The notes under the pieces were generated by a model that was not told where the DNA came from, did not search any database, and was given only the letters and a program-made list of their open reading frames with translations. This document shows positions 25,841-37,492 of a stretch of DNA of 64,000 nt, one piece after another. The stretch spans positions 312,001 through 376,000 of the forward strand of contig MU054338.1 of assembly GCA_013239625.1 (NCBI GenBank). Direction: 5' to 3'. The number at the start of each line of letters is the position of its first letter. The first letter of the stretch is position 1. The position numbers and the translations under genes are program-made. Origin of the DNA: Lama guanicoe. Taxonomy: Eukaryota.

Positions 25841-27249
25841 GTGAGGGTGGGGGCTGTGTCCCCCCTCCTGTCCCAACGCTTTCTAGCTGATCAGCTTATA
25901 GTGAGGAGCTCTGTGAGCAAGAAGGAAATCCTCAACCCTTTCAGGGAGGCTGTTCTGAGGAATGGACCCTGGGGCAGAGGCCCCGGGTTAGGGAATGAGA
26001 GAGGGAATCCTGCAGGTTTAGGGAAGAAGCTTCCAGAAGGGTGCAGCCTTGCAAAGGAGACCTGTGTACCTAAGGCCAGCAACCAGCAAGATGGCTGGAG
26101 ACGTGGGGTCTGTGGGGCCACAAGGTCAGCTCGAGGCTTCACACTGAGCAAGATAGGAGCCCTGGCAGGGCTGTGATACCGTCCGACCAACCGTTTACAT
26201 CCACTCTGGGAACCAGGCGGAGGGTCAGCTGCCCCTTCCTCTCCCTCTGGGCGTCTCCAACAGCCCTCCCCGCTGTCAAGGGGCCCATCCCTGGCACTAG
26301 TCACCAAGGCAACCGAGATGAGCAGCTGGCCCTGGTGGTACCCAGAGAGAAGGCCGATGGGAGTCCTGGAAGGAGCAAATCCACAGGAATGTGAAGGGGA
26401 TTCTCCTAAATCCGCCGGGACATTCCTGATTAGCCATTCTGGGGCTGCAGACGGCCTCAGGCGAAAGCGAGGGCCAAGAGCCGCAGGGCGGGAAGCGCCC
26501 CTAATCCGAGAAAGCCCTCTGGCTCGGGAGCGGCAGACTCCTAGGCTCCCGGGCTCCGTCCAGGCCCGCGGGCCCGGACCGGCGCGGTTGCCACGCCTCC
26601 GCTCCCGCTAAAACCGACCTGAGAGGCAGGCGCACTGGCCTCACCTCGATTTAGGGACACGGGAAATGTCACAGGCTGGGCCAATTAAAAAGCCCCTTCA
26701 GCCCGAGATGTGCAGCGAACAGTGTTCACTCCCATTTCCTCTACTGAACGTCTACTCCACGCTGGGAACCGCGCCAGCCCGAGATGCCTGTCATCTCTTG
26801 GGTGCTTCCAAAAGCGCTGGGGGTCCACATGGCCACTCGGCCTCCCAGGCTCTGGCCTGACTCTCCCCACCCAGCCTGCCCCGAATTCCCGGCCCCTCTG
26901 CCGAGGGCACCCCTGTCACCCACAGCCCTGTAGCTCTTCTGGGAATCAGCGTTCTCCAGGATATGTTCGAGGAGTTCTGCCGCTGCGACAGAGAGACCAG
27001 ACCCGACGCTGGGCGTCCCGTCAACCTGCTCAGTTTGCGCCGGGCCCTGTGCGGGCATCTGCGCCCCAGGCCTCAGTTTCCCCATCCCTGCAGTCAGGGG
27101 AAGGGACCGTACTCAGGCTTCACTAAGCTGGGGCGAACGAAGAACAGTATGGAGCGGCCACTGACACATCGTGCTGCAGGCTTGGTGCCCAGCAGGGGAA
27201 ACAGCCCCGGTACCCCTGAGCCGCCTACACTTTTCCGCGTGCTAACCTA

Positions 27250-28700
27250 GGCGTAACATCTGAATTCGAATCAGACTTCTGCCAGATGCCCACAAGCAAC
27301 ATGGAGGCCTGTAGGTTTTCTGCCCAACTCTAAGATGGCGGCGCACCTCCCTTTGCCCTCACGGCCGAGTAAAGGTGGACACTGCCCGTTTGCAAGATGG
27401 CGGCAGCCTAGGGGAAACACGCTTCCCGCCGCCTGACCCGCCACGTACCCACTCTCAAAATGGTTTCTCCCACGCAGGAGGGTAACTCGCCCACTGGCTC
27501 GGGCATCGTCACGTGGTTTCACCGTGTCTCTCCTCCCCAGACTTCCCGGGTCGTTTCCACCTTGAGCTCTGACTGACGGCCGTATTCTCCAATGGCCGCC
27601 TGCCATTCTTCTTGATCCCACCCCCTCGAGGGGCCTCCCACCCATTGGGAGGCGCTGGCGAGGTCCGGCGGTTCTCGCCCCGCCCACCTTCACGGCGGGA
27701 GCCAATGGGCAGAGCGCGCGGGGGACGTGTTCGGGCGTCTCCGCCATTTTGTGAGTCTATAACTCGGAGCCGTTGGGTCGGTTCCTGCTATTCCGGCGCC
27801 TCCACTCCGTCCTCCGCGGGTTCCCTGTGTGTGCAATGGACGGGTGAGTAGTGTTTGTTCGCGGTCCCCGCCGCCGTTCTCGCGGTCCGGCCTTCCCCTC
27901 GACGTCGTCCCGATCTCCTCGGGGCGACGGTCCCGGCGCGCCGCTCCCTCCGCCTCCACCTCGGCCCCCGGGCGCCTCCGGTGTTCTTCCCGTCCCGGCT
28001 TTGGGCCCGGGCGCTGCCCGGGGAGGGGTTCCCAGCGCACTGAGGCGGCAGGGGTTGGTGGGGGGTCGACAGGGCCGAGCCCTGCCCGCTTCCGGTGTCC
28101 ACGCGGCCCGTCCCGAACGCACGCGGAGGCCGCGCGCCCTTCCCACTTCCTGTCCGGGCCCCGCGCGCACGCGTCGCCCTTGGCGCTCTGTGTGGCACCT
28201 CCGGCCCCCTGCACGGCCTTGGCGCACTCCGTGTGGCTCTTCCCGCGCCCGGTAGCCCCTTCGCGCGCCCCGCTGGGCCCCCCGCGCGCGTGCGCGGCCT
28301 TTCGAGGTCCCATTTGCTCTGGTGCGCGTGCGCGGCCTTTCCCGCCGCGCGGACTCTGCCCTGGGCCTCCCCCGCCCGCCGCCGGCCCGGGCGCGGCCGG
28401 AGACGCCGCCCTCCTGCCCGGAAGGGCGCGGGCCCTCCGCAGCCCCGGCCCTCCCGCCCGCCCGCTTTGTTTCTGCACGGCCGTCTGGTGTGGCGCCCCC
28501 GGGCGCGATGCCCCGGGCGCGCTGGGGGCGGGGCGGCCCCGGAGCGGAATGCGCTCCCCGGTGCGGAGGTGCCGCGGGAGCTCCGCCGACCTGGAGTTGG
28601 GAAGGGCCAGGCCGCGCGGGGCTAGGTCTCTGCCCGGGGAGGGTTGCGCTTTCCGCGTTGCACTCAGTTTGAAGGTTTTGAGGCCTTGGGATCATTTCTG
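27250..28700 (+). promoter_or_regulatory. PTBP1 CpG-island promoter with YY1 and CCAAT motifs
   Basis: CpG-dense region around exon 1. YY1 consensus at 27332-27342 (AAGATGGCGGC), 27393-27404 and 27741-27751 (CCGCCATTTTG). CCAAT/ATTGG near 27644 and 27702. Confidence 0.85.
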
Positions 28701-31700
28701 ATGGGGAGCTTTCAACAAGCCCTTACTTCCTCTGCTTTTCTGGGCGGGGGCGGGCGGTTAAAACGTGCCCGGAGGGTCACGTGCTTTCGGTGCCTCGGGT
28801 TTGAAATGATAGGTTTCAAGATGAATTAAGGCCAGCCTTTTAGAAAAATTGCTGCAGCAAGAAGAACTTGATCTCCTCGTGGTCTGCTTGCCGCTTCGGC
28901 TTGGGTGGACTTACCGGAGAACCCCTTCCGGAGCCAGCGAGCGGGGGGGGGGCGCTCAGGAGCCCTGTGGGGGATCTCGACGGGGGTGGTGTGTCCTTGG
29001 CAGTCTGGTGCAGTTCTCGGGTTTTTTCTCTTAGAACTGTTTTGAGGGACGTCGTCTCCCCCAGACGCAGTTTGGGGCGCCGGGTCCCCTCTGCAGCCTC
29101 TGTAGGTGGTGTGGTTACGTAGGCAGCCAGGCCTGGCCATGCGGGAGCAGGTTCTGTTCGGCTGCCTTCTCTTTGGAAAGTTTGAAAACGTTTTCCGAAA
29201 AGGCCATTTTACGTAGAGCACTTCCTGTGTTTGAGGCCCTCCCTGGGAGTTTGAGGCTGCGAGTCGGCCTGGGTTAACAGTTGGGAAACTGCATGCTTTT
29301 CATTCTTTGTTTTTCTGAGGTTTTTTGGGGGGGGCTCAGTAGGGTTTTTAAAGTCCATTGACACTAGCCCATGAGGTTTTTGTAGGGGAGTGGGGGAAGT
29401 TCTTCGGCGGAGGCAGTTGGTGAGGATGGTGCAGAGCAGGCTAGGGCTCAGTGCCCCACGGAGGAGCCGAGGGTCCTGGTGCTGCAGGCTTGCTTCCCTG
29501 AGGGCTGGAGGGGGAATCCCGCAGGCAGAGGCCCCAGAGCTGGCTTGGCTGGGTGAGGGGGCATCGTGTGACATCGTGGGAGGCTCTGGTCATGGGTGGC
29601 CAGGCCTTGGTGACCAGGTGATTTGATGAGGGGTGTTGCTGGGTAAGTTCTCTTCCTGGACGTTTTCTGAGCCATTAGGACATCGCCAGTTTGTTTGCCA
29701 CATAGAAGCCCTCGGAGGGCTCTTCTGCTGGGTGCTAGGCGCCCCGCCTCCTGCAGCGCGGCCCTCAGCGGGAGAAAGTCCAGTCACGCGGAACCAGGTT
29801 GATGAGTAACTCACGTTAATCGTATCTGGTCGTTTCCATCGTGCCGCCCCTCTGGTCCCCCTACCAGCCTGTCTTCCCTTCAGTAAACATTCCCGAAGCA
29901 CTTCCCATTTCTAGAAAGCAAGCAGAAGCACTTGAAGCTTAATGAGCATCAAGTGTCCCTCCTAGGGGTTTTGAAGGGGGTGGCTTTGTGGTGGGACAGA
30001 TCGGGAGGTGGGGCCGGGGGCCTGCCGGGGGAGGGGAGCTGGAGGACAATGATGGCGCCTTTTCAAGCTGAGATGAAGTGGACGGCAGCTCACTTTCCTG
30101 CCCAAAGCTCTCCAGTTAGAGGAGGCCTCCGATGGGGGGACTGGAGGAACCCACACTGTGCTCTGGGGATCCGGGCGAGGCCGGCCCTCCCGCCGGCTGA
30201 GGTGCTGTGGGCTCCCGTACCTAACGTTGTCCTTTTCTCTCTCTGCAGCATCGTCCCAGATATAGCAGTTGGTACAAAGGTAGGCACTCACGACTGACTT
30301 CCTCTCGATCGTGTTGACCCTGAGGCCCGTCAGCTCCTGCTGCAGAGCTCGGTGCCTCGTCCACCAGCAGTCCTCCCATGGCATCCAGTTTGCATTTGGG
30401 CGAGGGGAGTCGAGGTCGGGTGGGTTGGGTGGCCCCTCGGCAGTGAAGGTGTTTCAGGCTTTAGCTCATGACCCCTCTGCCCTGCTCTGGAATCGAGAGC
30501 TGACCAGTCCTGCCTGGATCACACAACTCACGGTTTGTGGGGTGTGCAGGGGGGCTGTCTTTGGTTTGATGTGGAGAATGTCAAAATCTGTGTGCACCTC
30601 AAGCAGGTTGTGGGGTGAGCAGTGGGCTTGGAGAATACGTGGGCGTTCCGGGGTAAGTGGAGTGCACTTCTAATGACGCCCTTGTCCGGGTAATTTTTGT
30701 TCTGAAAAGTAGTATGTTTTTTGAGGTAGAGAAAGTCGGGCACTCTTCCCTCAATGCACAGGTCCTCAAGTGTCGTAGACGATGAGGGCGGGGGCGGCAG
30801 GAGTGCGAGGGGAGGCGGGAGCTAGGCTCGCTGCTTGGGGACTGGACAGCCGGGCTGTGGGAAGCACTGCTGCCCGGCTGGTTGACTTGGCAGTCCTGGC
30901 TGTGGTACTGGTCCCCTTGGGCCCTGTTCCCTGGGCTTGCTGCAGGTGGCTCGGGTGTCCTGAGCAGGCAGCCAGCTGGTTTCTGGTCCATTGGCTGTGG
31001 GGCCGCTGCAAGGTTTCAGTTTTCCCAGGTGGAGTCTTGTCTTCTCGCAGTGTCCACCCTGATCTTCCTGCAGATAAAACCTGCTGGGAGGCGGGAGAGG
31101 GACTTTAATCTAGAGTGCTTGTAGAGTCACAGAGATTCTGCTCCCTGCTTTTGTGGGAGCCGGTTTCCCCAGGCTGTGGGTCCATTATGCTCCCAGGGGA
31201 CCTTTGTTCCCAGGATCAGACCTGCACAGGATGGAGACCCTGAGGCTCCCTGTGCCATGCCCCCCAGCAAGGCAGCCTGGGTCCCACCCCCCGCCTCCAG
31301 TTCAGAACCAGCTGTGCTGTGAGAGAGGTTCCCGAGTGCCGGCCTGCAGTGGGCACGTGCAGGGCTTGTCCTATCTGCTGGACTAGGGAGAGCCCGGCCC
31401 TGTGGCCTGCCCTCCAGCCGGTGGTCCTGGCTCTGGTGGGTTCCTCACAAGGCCTGCCAAGGTCTCCGTGCATGACCTGCCCACACGCCTTGGGGTTTTG
31501 CCCTCCCTGCGGTGTGTCTGGGCCCCAGTGGGCCGTCCGTTTGAGCTGCTGGTTTGGCCTGCACCTGGGGTCCCTGTGCTCAGGTCTGGGGGAGGAGGGG
31601 GGCAGCCAGGCCAGGCTGTGTGTTAGAACATTCCTGTCAACTGGTTGAAGATTGGTGCCAAGGTGCCTGAGGTTGTGCGTCTGTGTATGGGAGTCACGTG

Positions 31701-34700
31701 GGTGCGTTGTCCCTGTCATAAGGGGGGCCGCGTCCCTGAGGGGGATGGGGAGGGGACAGTCAGGGCTTGGTCCCGAGCACGGAAGGCACGGTCCTGTCCC
31801 TCAGACCCAGGGCTCGGCTCTATTATGCCTGGTTTCCTGTGTGGCCCTCTGTCCAGTCACGGGTCGGCCTGGTGCCCTGAGGCGGTTTGGCAGGCTGGAC
31901 TGGCTGTTGATTTTTAACGCTTTGCTTCATTTGTATCAAAGTCCCCCTCTCAGGCAATCCTAGATTGTGTCCCAGTCGTGTTCTCTCCTGGTCTGAGTGG
32001 CCCCAAGTCTGAGCCCTGCAGCTCCTTCCGTGCTCAGGCAGGGACCTCGCTGCAGGTCAGGGCTGGTGGCTCTCCGTGTGTAAGTCTGAGCCGGGGGCTC
32101 ATGGACTGTAGGGATGCTGAGGGTGGGAAGCTGGGGGTAAGGAGATGCTCACTCGGCCTGGGTTCAGAGTCATATTTGGCAGGTAACTGGTAGTCGGGGA
32201 ATCCTGTGACTCCCAGCGTTGTGAGGCCATGCCTGGTCTGGGTACTGATGATCAGAAGGGCTGCAGGAGGTTCTGGGCCTGGATCGCGGGGAGGTGGGCT
32301 CCCGCCCAGATGGAACATCGCTGCTGGCCGTCTGGGGGAGGGCAGAGAGGAGGTGTCCTTGAGAAGGGACAAGTTGGAGGGAGAAGGGGGCAGGCAGGGA
32401 GGTGGTTCTCCTCTGAGAGCTGGAGGCCCAGGCTGGGCTGGTCTTTCCAGGTCCTCCTGTTCTGGCCAGGTTGGGAGTGGGAAGCCCTACCTGCACCACA
32501 GACCCTGTTTGAGGAATGGTTCCCAGTTCCCGGTTGGGGAGCCCCTGCCCCATGGGCTCCAGCCCTGCTGTTTCCGGGGGCAGGGCCCCACCTGGGTCTG
32601 GGCTCTGTCCTCCCTGGCGGGAGGGACGCCTGCCTGCTCTAAGCCCAGGCTCCAGCTAATGATTCAATTAGATTGAGGCTAATGAGAAAACACGTTGTTT
32701 CTGGAAAGAAGACTGGTGGCTGGCGTCGCAGGGAGTCCTCACCCTGCCGCCAGAGAGGCAGTGTTACTGGTTGTCAGGCTCTGGTTTCCTCCGATGGCTG
32801 GAAAGTAGGACAGGCTCCTGCAGCCGAGCCGGTGGCTGCAGTGTGACAAGGGGGCTTTGTCCTGTGGGCTGGGACAGTCGTCGCGGGTGAAGCACAGCCT
32901 GGGAGTGGCCAGCTTGAGCCCTGTGTTCAGACAGGGAAGGTGGAGATGGGGCCACGTGCCAGTCCACCCCCCAGCCCCCGGCCCTGCTTCTGGAAAGCCC
33001 CCAGGCTACGCAGGTAGGGGAGGAGCTGTGTTGGGGCCTGGGCAGGACCAGAGGTCCTAGGGCACAGGGAGGACAAGCTGGGCATGGGGTGGCTGCAGCC
33101 CAGGGCCCTGGAGTCCCACTTAGCCCTCCCCTCTCTTGGCAGCGGGGATCTGACGAGCTCTTCTCTGCCTGCGTCACTAACGGCCCGTTTATCATGAGTA
33201 GCAACTCGGCCTCCACAGGTAACCACCTCTCTGCCTCTGACCTCAAGCCCTGCTTTCTTGGGAGCTGGGCAGGGGCGCCTCCGGGCAGGGGGAGGCTGAT
33301 GCCAAGGGGGGTTACCTTGCTTCCCGGGAAAGCCTCGGTGCCACTTGAACCCCGTTCCCCGCAGCAAATGGAAACGACAGCAAGAAGTTCAAAGGGGACA
33401 GCAGGAGTGCAGGCGTGCCCTCCAGGGTGATCCACGTCCGCAAGCTCCCCAGCGACGTCACCGAGGGGGAGGTCATCTCCCTCGGGCTGCCTTTCGGGAA
33501 GGTCACCAACCTCCTGATGCTGAAAGGGAAAAACCAGGTACAAGGCTGGTATGAGGCCCAGCCCTGGGCAGCGGGGCTCCATGGTCTCGACCTGGCTGAC
33601 CCCACCCTGTGCATACTAGGCCTTCATTGAGATGAACACAGAGGAGGCAGCCAACACTATGGTGAACTACTACACATCAGTGACGCCGGTGCTGCGGGGC
33701 CAGCCCATCTACATCCAGTTCTCCAACCACAAGGAGCTCAAGACCGACAGCTCTCCTAATCAGGCGGTGCGGTGCCCCTCGGGTGCGGGTGGGGGGCAGC
33801 GGGCCTGGGAGCAGCAGGACTCAAAGCTGTTCCCCCCACAGCGGGCCCAGGCAGCCCTGCAGGCTGTAAACTCAGTCCAGTCAGGGAACCTGGCCTTGGC
33901 TGCCTCTGCTGCAGCGGTGGACGCTGGGATGGCTATGGCTGGACAGAGCCCGGTGCTCAGGATCATCGTGGAGAACCTCTTCTACCCGGTGACCCTGGAC
34001 GTGCTGCACCAGGTGAGTGGGTGGGTTTCCCTCAGGTGGGGCTGGGGCGGCAGGACCCCTGCCTTGGCAGGACACACTGCATGTGCTTTTCCCTCAGATC
34101 TTCTCCAAGTTTGGCACCGTCCTGAAGATAATCACCTTCACCAAGAACAACCAGTTCCAGGCGCTGCTGCAGTACGCCGACCCCATGAGTGCGCAGCACG
34201 CCAAGCTGTCGCTGGACGGGCAGAACATCTACAATGCTTGCTGCACGCTGCGCATCGACTTCTCCAAGCTCACCAGCCTGAACGTCAAGTACAACAACGA
34301 TAAGAGCCGTGACTACACGCGCCCGGACCTGCCCTCTGGCGACAGCCAGCCAGCACTGGATCAGACCGTGGCCGCCGCCTTTGGTAAGGCCGCGCGCCCA
34401 GGAGGCGGGCCTGGGAGATGTGCCGTGGAGGCCTGGGCGCCACCCTCAGGTCTGGTGTGTTTCCAGGTGCGCCAGGTATCATGTCCGCCTCTCCGTATGC
34501 AGGAGCTGGTTTCCCTCCCACCTTTGCCATCCCTCAGGCTGCAGGTACTCAAACCCCCTACTCCACACTGGCTCCGCACGTCTGCTCTTGCGGGAGCCCC
34601 CCCTTTCTGGGCACAGGCCTCTGGGTCCCCATGGAGCCTGGACAGGGCAGCTGTAGGCCAGGCCGGGCGGAGCCCCAACTAACCCAGCAGTCTCTGGTCT

Positions 34701-37492
34701 GGTTCCCTTCAAGCCACGAGCGAGGACCAGCGCACACGCTTGGAGGGATGTGTCCCTAGTGGGTGCGGTTCAGTGGCCCGGTAAGCGGAGTGGCGTGAGC
34801 CGGGCGGGCACACCCAGGAGTCCCTCCTGGGGCCTGGGGGCCAGGTGCTCTCCCACCCACCCGCGTGACAGTCCTAGCCTGCTGCGTCCTGCCCCGCGTG
34901 CCGTCTGCATGGTGAGGGCCCCCGCATGTGCGCCTGGCTGAGGCGCCCGCGGGGCCGGAGCTTCCTGTGCTGTTTGGCGCATGTGGACGGGTCCAAACCC
35001 AGCACAACCTGTGCTGTGAGGGCAGGCACTGCGGGCCATGGCGGGCATGGGATCGAGAGTGACACCACCTCCAGCGTGTCCTCGTGCATGAGGGCGGCCT
35101 GGCCTTGTGTCTGCCCTGTGGGAGAGGGGCAGGTTGCTCACTTGGCCGCCTCTCCCTCCCCAGGTCTCTCTGTTCCTAATGTGCATGGGGCCCTGGCGCC
35201 TCTGGCCATCCCGTCGGCAGCGGCGGCAGCGGCGGCAGCAGGCCGTATCGCCATCCCTGGCTTGGCGGGGGCAGGGAACTCTGTCCTGCTGGTCAGCAAC
35301 CTCAACCCCGAGGTACGTGGCTCCTCCCTCCAGGCCGTTCCTCCTGGAAAGGCAGGGAGCAGGGAGTTGTGCTCCCAGGTTCTAGTGCAGGCTGAGCCCC
35401 CCACCTGCCTCCCGGGCGCTGGGGGCCTAGCGGTGTCACTGTTCTCTTTGCGCTGGCATCACTCCCTGCCGCCTCCTTTCCCGCAGTGCTTGGAGTTGTC
35501 CTGTTTGCCTCAGCACCTCAGTGTACGTTTCTAACTCCACAGCAGTGAGAGCTGGATTACTTGGTGCAGGGAAGCCACCTTGGCATTTGGAGCCCAACAA
35601 GCCTTGGTCTGCAGAGGCCTGCGGGCGCCTCTGGGGAGGGGCGCCAGCCACAGTCCCTGAGGTGGCAGGAGGGCCCCCGCTTGTCTTGGGGGATAGGTTC
35701 AGCTTGGGGTACAGGGGTGAAGTGATCAAGTCTGAGAGCAGTTTGCTCCCGGAGGACCGGGTGTCCTCTGTAAGGAGCTGCTCACGCCTGCTGACCGGCA
35801 CTGGGACTCGGCCTCTGAGCCCTGTCCCAGCTCCTGGCAACACTGTCCACCGATAGCCAGTCCACATGCGCCTGGCCGGGAGGCCCCAGGAGGCTGGCGG
35901 CAGCCCCAGGAGATAGGTTCTGGAGGGCCTGGTTACGGGGAAGCGAGCAGGGCGGCAAGGGGGCGCCCTCTTGCCGTCCGCCCGCCCAGTGCGTGGCTCG
36001 TAATGTGTGTGGTCTTGACTGATGGGACAGCGTGTTTTCTTATGTATTTACTGACCTGTGTTTTTGCTACTTTTTTTCTTTTCTCCCCTTCCCCTTTCCC
36101 AATTTTTTTTCTTGCCCTGATCCGGAATTTCTTTGCCAACTGACTGCACGGTACTTCTGCTTCCTGTTGTTGCTTGAAACAAAACAAAACCATAAATAAA
36201 TAAAAAAAAATTCCCCCTCAAACCCTGCTCTCCGGAAACCAACCTGCCCTTGAATATTAACATCCTGACAACTTCATCATCCATCAACCTGCACGCCTGC
36301 GGGGCTGCCTCCTCGTGGTGGACGATTGGCAACTCGCCCCCTGACCTCTCCCTTTCCCTGTCCCTCCGCTGCCTTGCTCTGCTGTCCTCTAAAGAGAGTC
36401 ACACCCCAAAGCCTCTTTATTCTTTTCGGTATGTTATCGTTCACACTTTTATTACCTTGTTTTCATGTAATTGAGGTTGTTGTCCTGCCCTGAGGTGTGC
36501 TCGTGAGGTCTGGGCTGCGGTTTGCGCACGTTCTGGACCCGAGCATGCACTGCCCCGCATGCCGTGGGCAGAGTAAGTGTGTGGGTAGCATGCAGAGGAT
36601 GGTCGTTTGGCACTTGGCCTTTTCCTGGAGTTTACGGCTTCTTTGCTGAAGGCAGCCTTCCTGGTAACTCCCTGTGACTAGACGCAGGTGCCCAGAGGCA
36701 GAATAAGCAAACCTTCGGGAAGAGCCGGCCCTGTGCGGGGTGTGTGGGTCGTGGGGGCTGGCGGGAGGCAGCCATGGGGTCTAGGGGCTCAGTGCCCTGT
36801 CCCCGTGCTTTTGAAGGCGTGTACGGTGACGTGCAGCGGGTGAAGATCCTATTCAACAAGAAGGAGAACGCCCTGGTGCAGATGGCCGATGGCAGCCAGG
36901 CCCAGCTGGGTAAGGACGGCCCCGGGTGGGGGCTCGGGGGGTGGGGCAAGGCGAGCACTGGGGGCCTAGGGTCACGTGTGTCCCCTCCCCAGCCTTGAGC
37001 CACCTCAACGGGCACAAACTGCACGGGAAGCCAGTGCGCATCACGCTCTCCAAGCACCAGAACGTGCAGCTGCCCCGCGAGGGCCAGGAAGACCAGGGCC
37101 TCACCAAGGACTACGGCAACTTGCCCCTGCACCGCTTCAAGAAGCCCGGCTCCAAGAACTTCCAGAACATCTTCCCGCCCTCCGCCACCCTGCACCTCTC
37201 CAACATCCCGTGAGTGCTGCCGTGGGGCTGCCCCCTGCTGTGCCCCGGGCAGGGCCCGGGGCTCACTCCTCCTTCCCACAGGCCCTCCGTGTCTGAGGAC
37301 GACCTCAAGATGCTCTTCTCCAGTAATGGCGGGGTCGTCAAGGGGTTCAAGTTCTTCCAGAAGGACCGCAAGATGGCCCTGATCCAGATGGGCTCGGTGG
37401 AGGAGGCCATCCAGGCACTCATTGACCTGCACAACCACGATCTGGGCGAGAACCACCACCTGCGGGTGTCCTTCTCCAAGTCCACCATCTAG
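27836..37492 (+). CDS. PTBP1: Polypyrimidine tract-binding protein 1, 557 aa, 13 exons: 27836-27843, 30249-30279, 33143-33218, 33365-33537, 33620-33766, 33842-34012, 34098-34383, 34467-34544, 35164-35312, 36395-36428, 36817-36909, 36993-37209, 37282-37492
   Basis: Spliced by eye with GT-AG boundaries. The 1674-nt CDS reads [21 protein letters not shown]...[10 protein letters not shown]...[12 protein letters not shown] and contains four RRMs. It matches PTBP1 almost residue for residue. Confidence 0.98.
36031..36428 (+). promoter_or_regulatory. PTBP1: Distal branch point, AG-exclusion zone and 34-nt autoregulatory (NMD-linked) exon of PTBP1, equivalent to human exon 11
   Basis: TACTGAC with the candidate branch A at 36054 is followed by a long pyrimidine tract. 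There is no AG from 36031 to the acceptor at 36393-36394. The 34-nt exon 36395-36428 shifts the frame when skipped. Confidence 0.9.

Noticed and set aside
27690..28701. Long overlapping ORFs (262-312 aa) over the PTBP1 CpG island, and similar ORFs at 2408-3298, 15204-15989 and 45966-47210
   Set aside because: These are low-complexity Pro/Arg/Gly/Ala ORFs expected from stop-codon scarcity in GC-rich DNA, with no recognisable domain.
27836..37492. PTBP1 as a partially processed retrocopy
   Set aside because: Twelve introns, the CpG-island promoter and synteny with PLPPR3-AZU1 are retained.
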